Made by a program: the position numbers and the translations under genes
Source: Rhina ancylostomus
Taxonomy: Eukaryota
Direction: 5' to 3'
DNA length: 64,000 nt
Assembly: GCA_030265395.1 (NCBI GenBank)
Contig: JARFYF010000068.1
Coordinates: 6,356,634-6,420,633 of the forward strand
Shown: in pieces, positions 63,951 to 64,000 of the stretch
Layout: every line of letters begins with the position of its first letter
Numbering within the stretch: the stretch's first letter is position 1
Notes under the pieces: model-generated
Told to the model about the DNA's origin: nothing
The model's input: only the letters and a program-made list of their open reading frames with translations
The model's database searches: none

Positions 63951-64000
63951 GGGAGGTAAGTTGCGGTTATATACAACGTTGGTGATGCTACACTTGCGTA

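Overview
Gapped eukaryotic genomic DNA. The repeat content (V-SINE/HE1-type SINEs, CR1, Rex1/Babar, RTE and Penelope fragments) suggests a cartilaginous fish, probably a ray or shark; this is an inference. Almost all ORFs in the supplied track are spurious or retroelement debris. Two minus-strand genes can be read. (1) The CpG-island first coding exon of nurim (NRM) at 5050-5203; NRM is a marker of the MHC class I region in mammals. (2) A gene the ORF track misses entirely: at least 24 micro-exons of 21-36 nt, each a multiple of 3, phase 1-1 and bounded by AG/GT, spread over about 47 kb (63222 down to 16661), plus a probable 6/22-nt exon and a terminal exon near 15.4 kb. Spliced together they give an open, E/K-rich, repetitive coiled-coil-like chain of about 230-255 aa. 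I found no B30.2 exon. This architecture, next to NRM, resembles the tails of chicken BG and butyrophilin proteins and mammalian TSBP1. The 5' part of the gene lies beyond the window, so its family is unproven.
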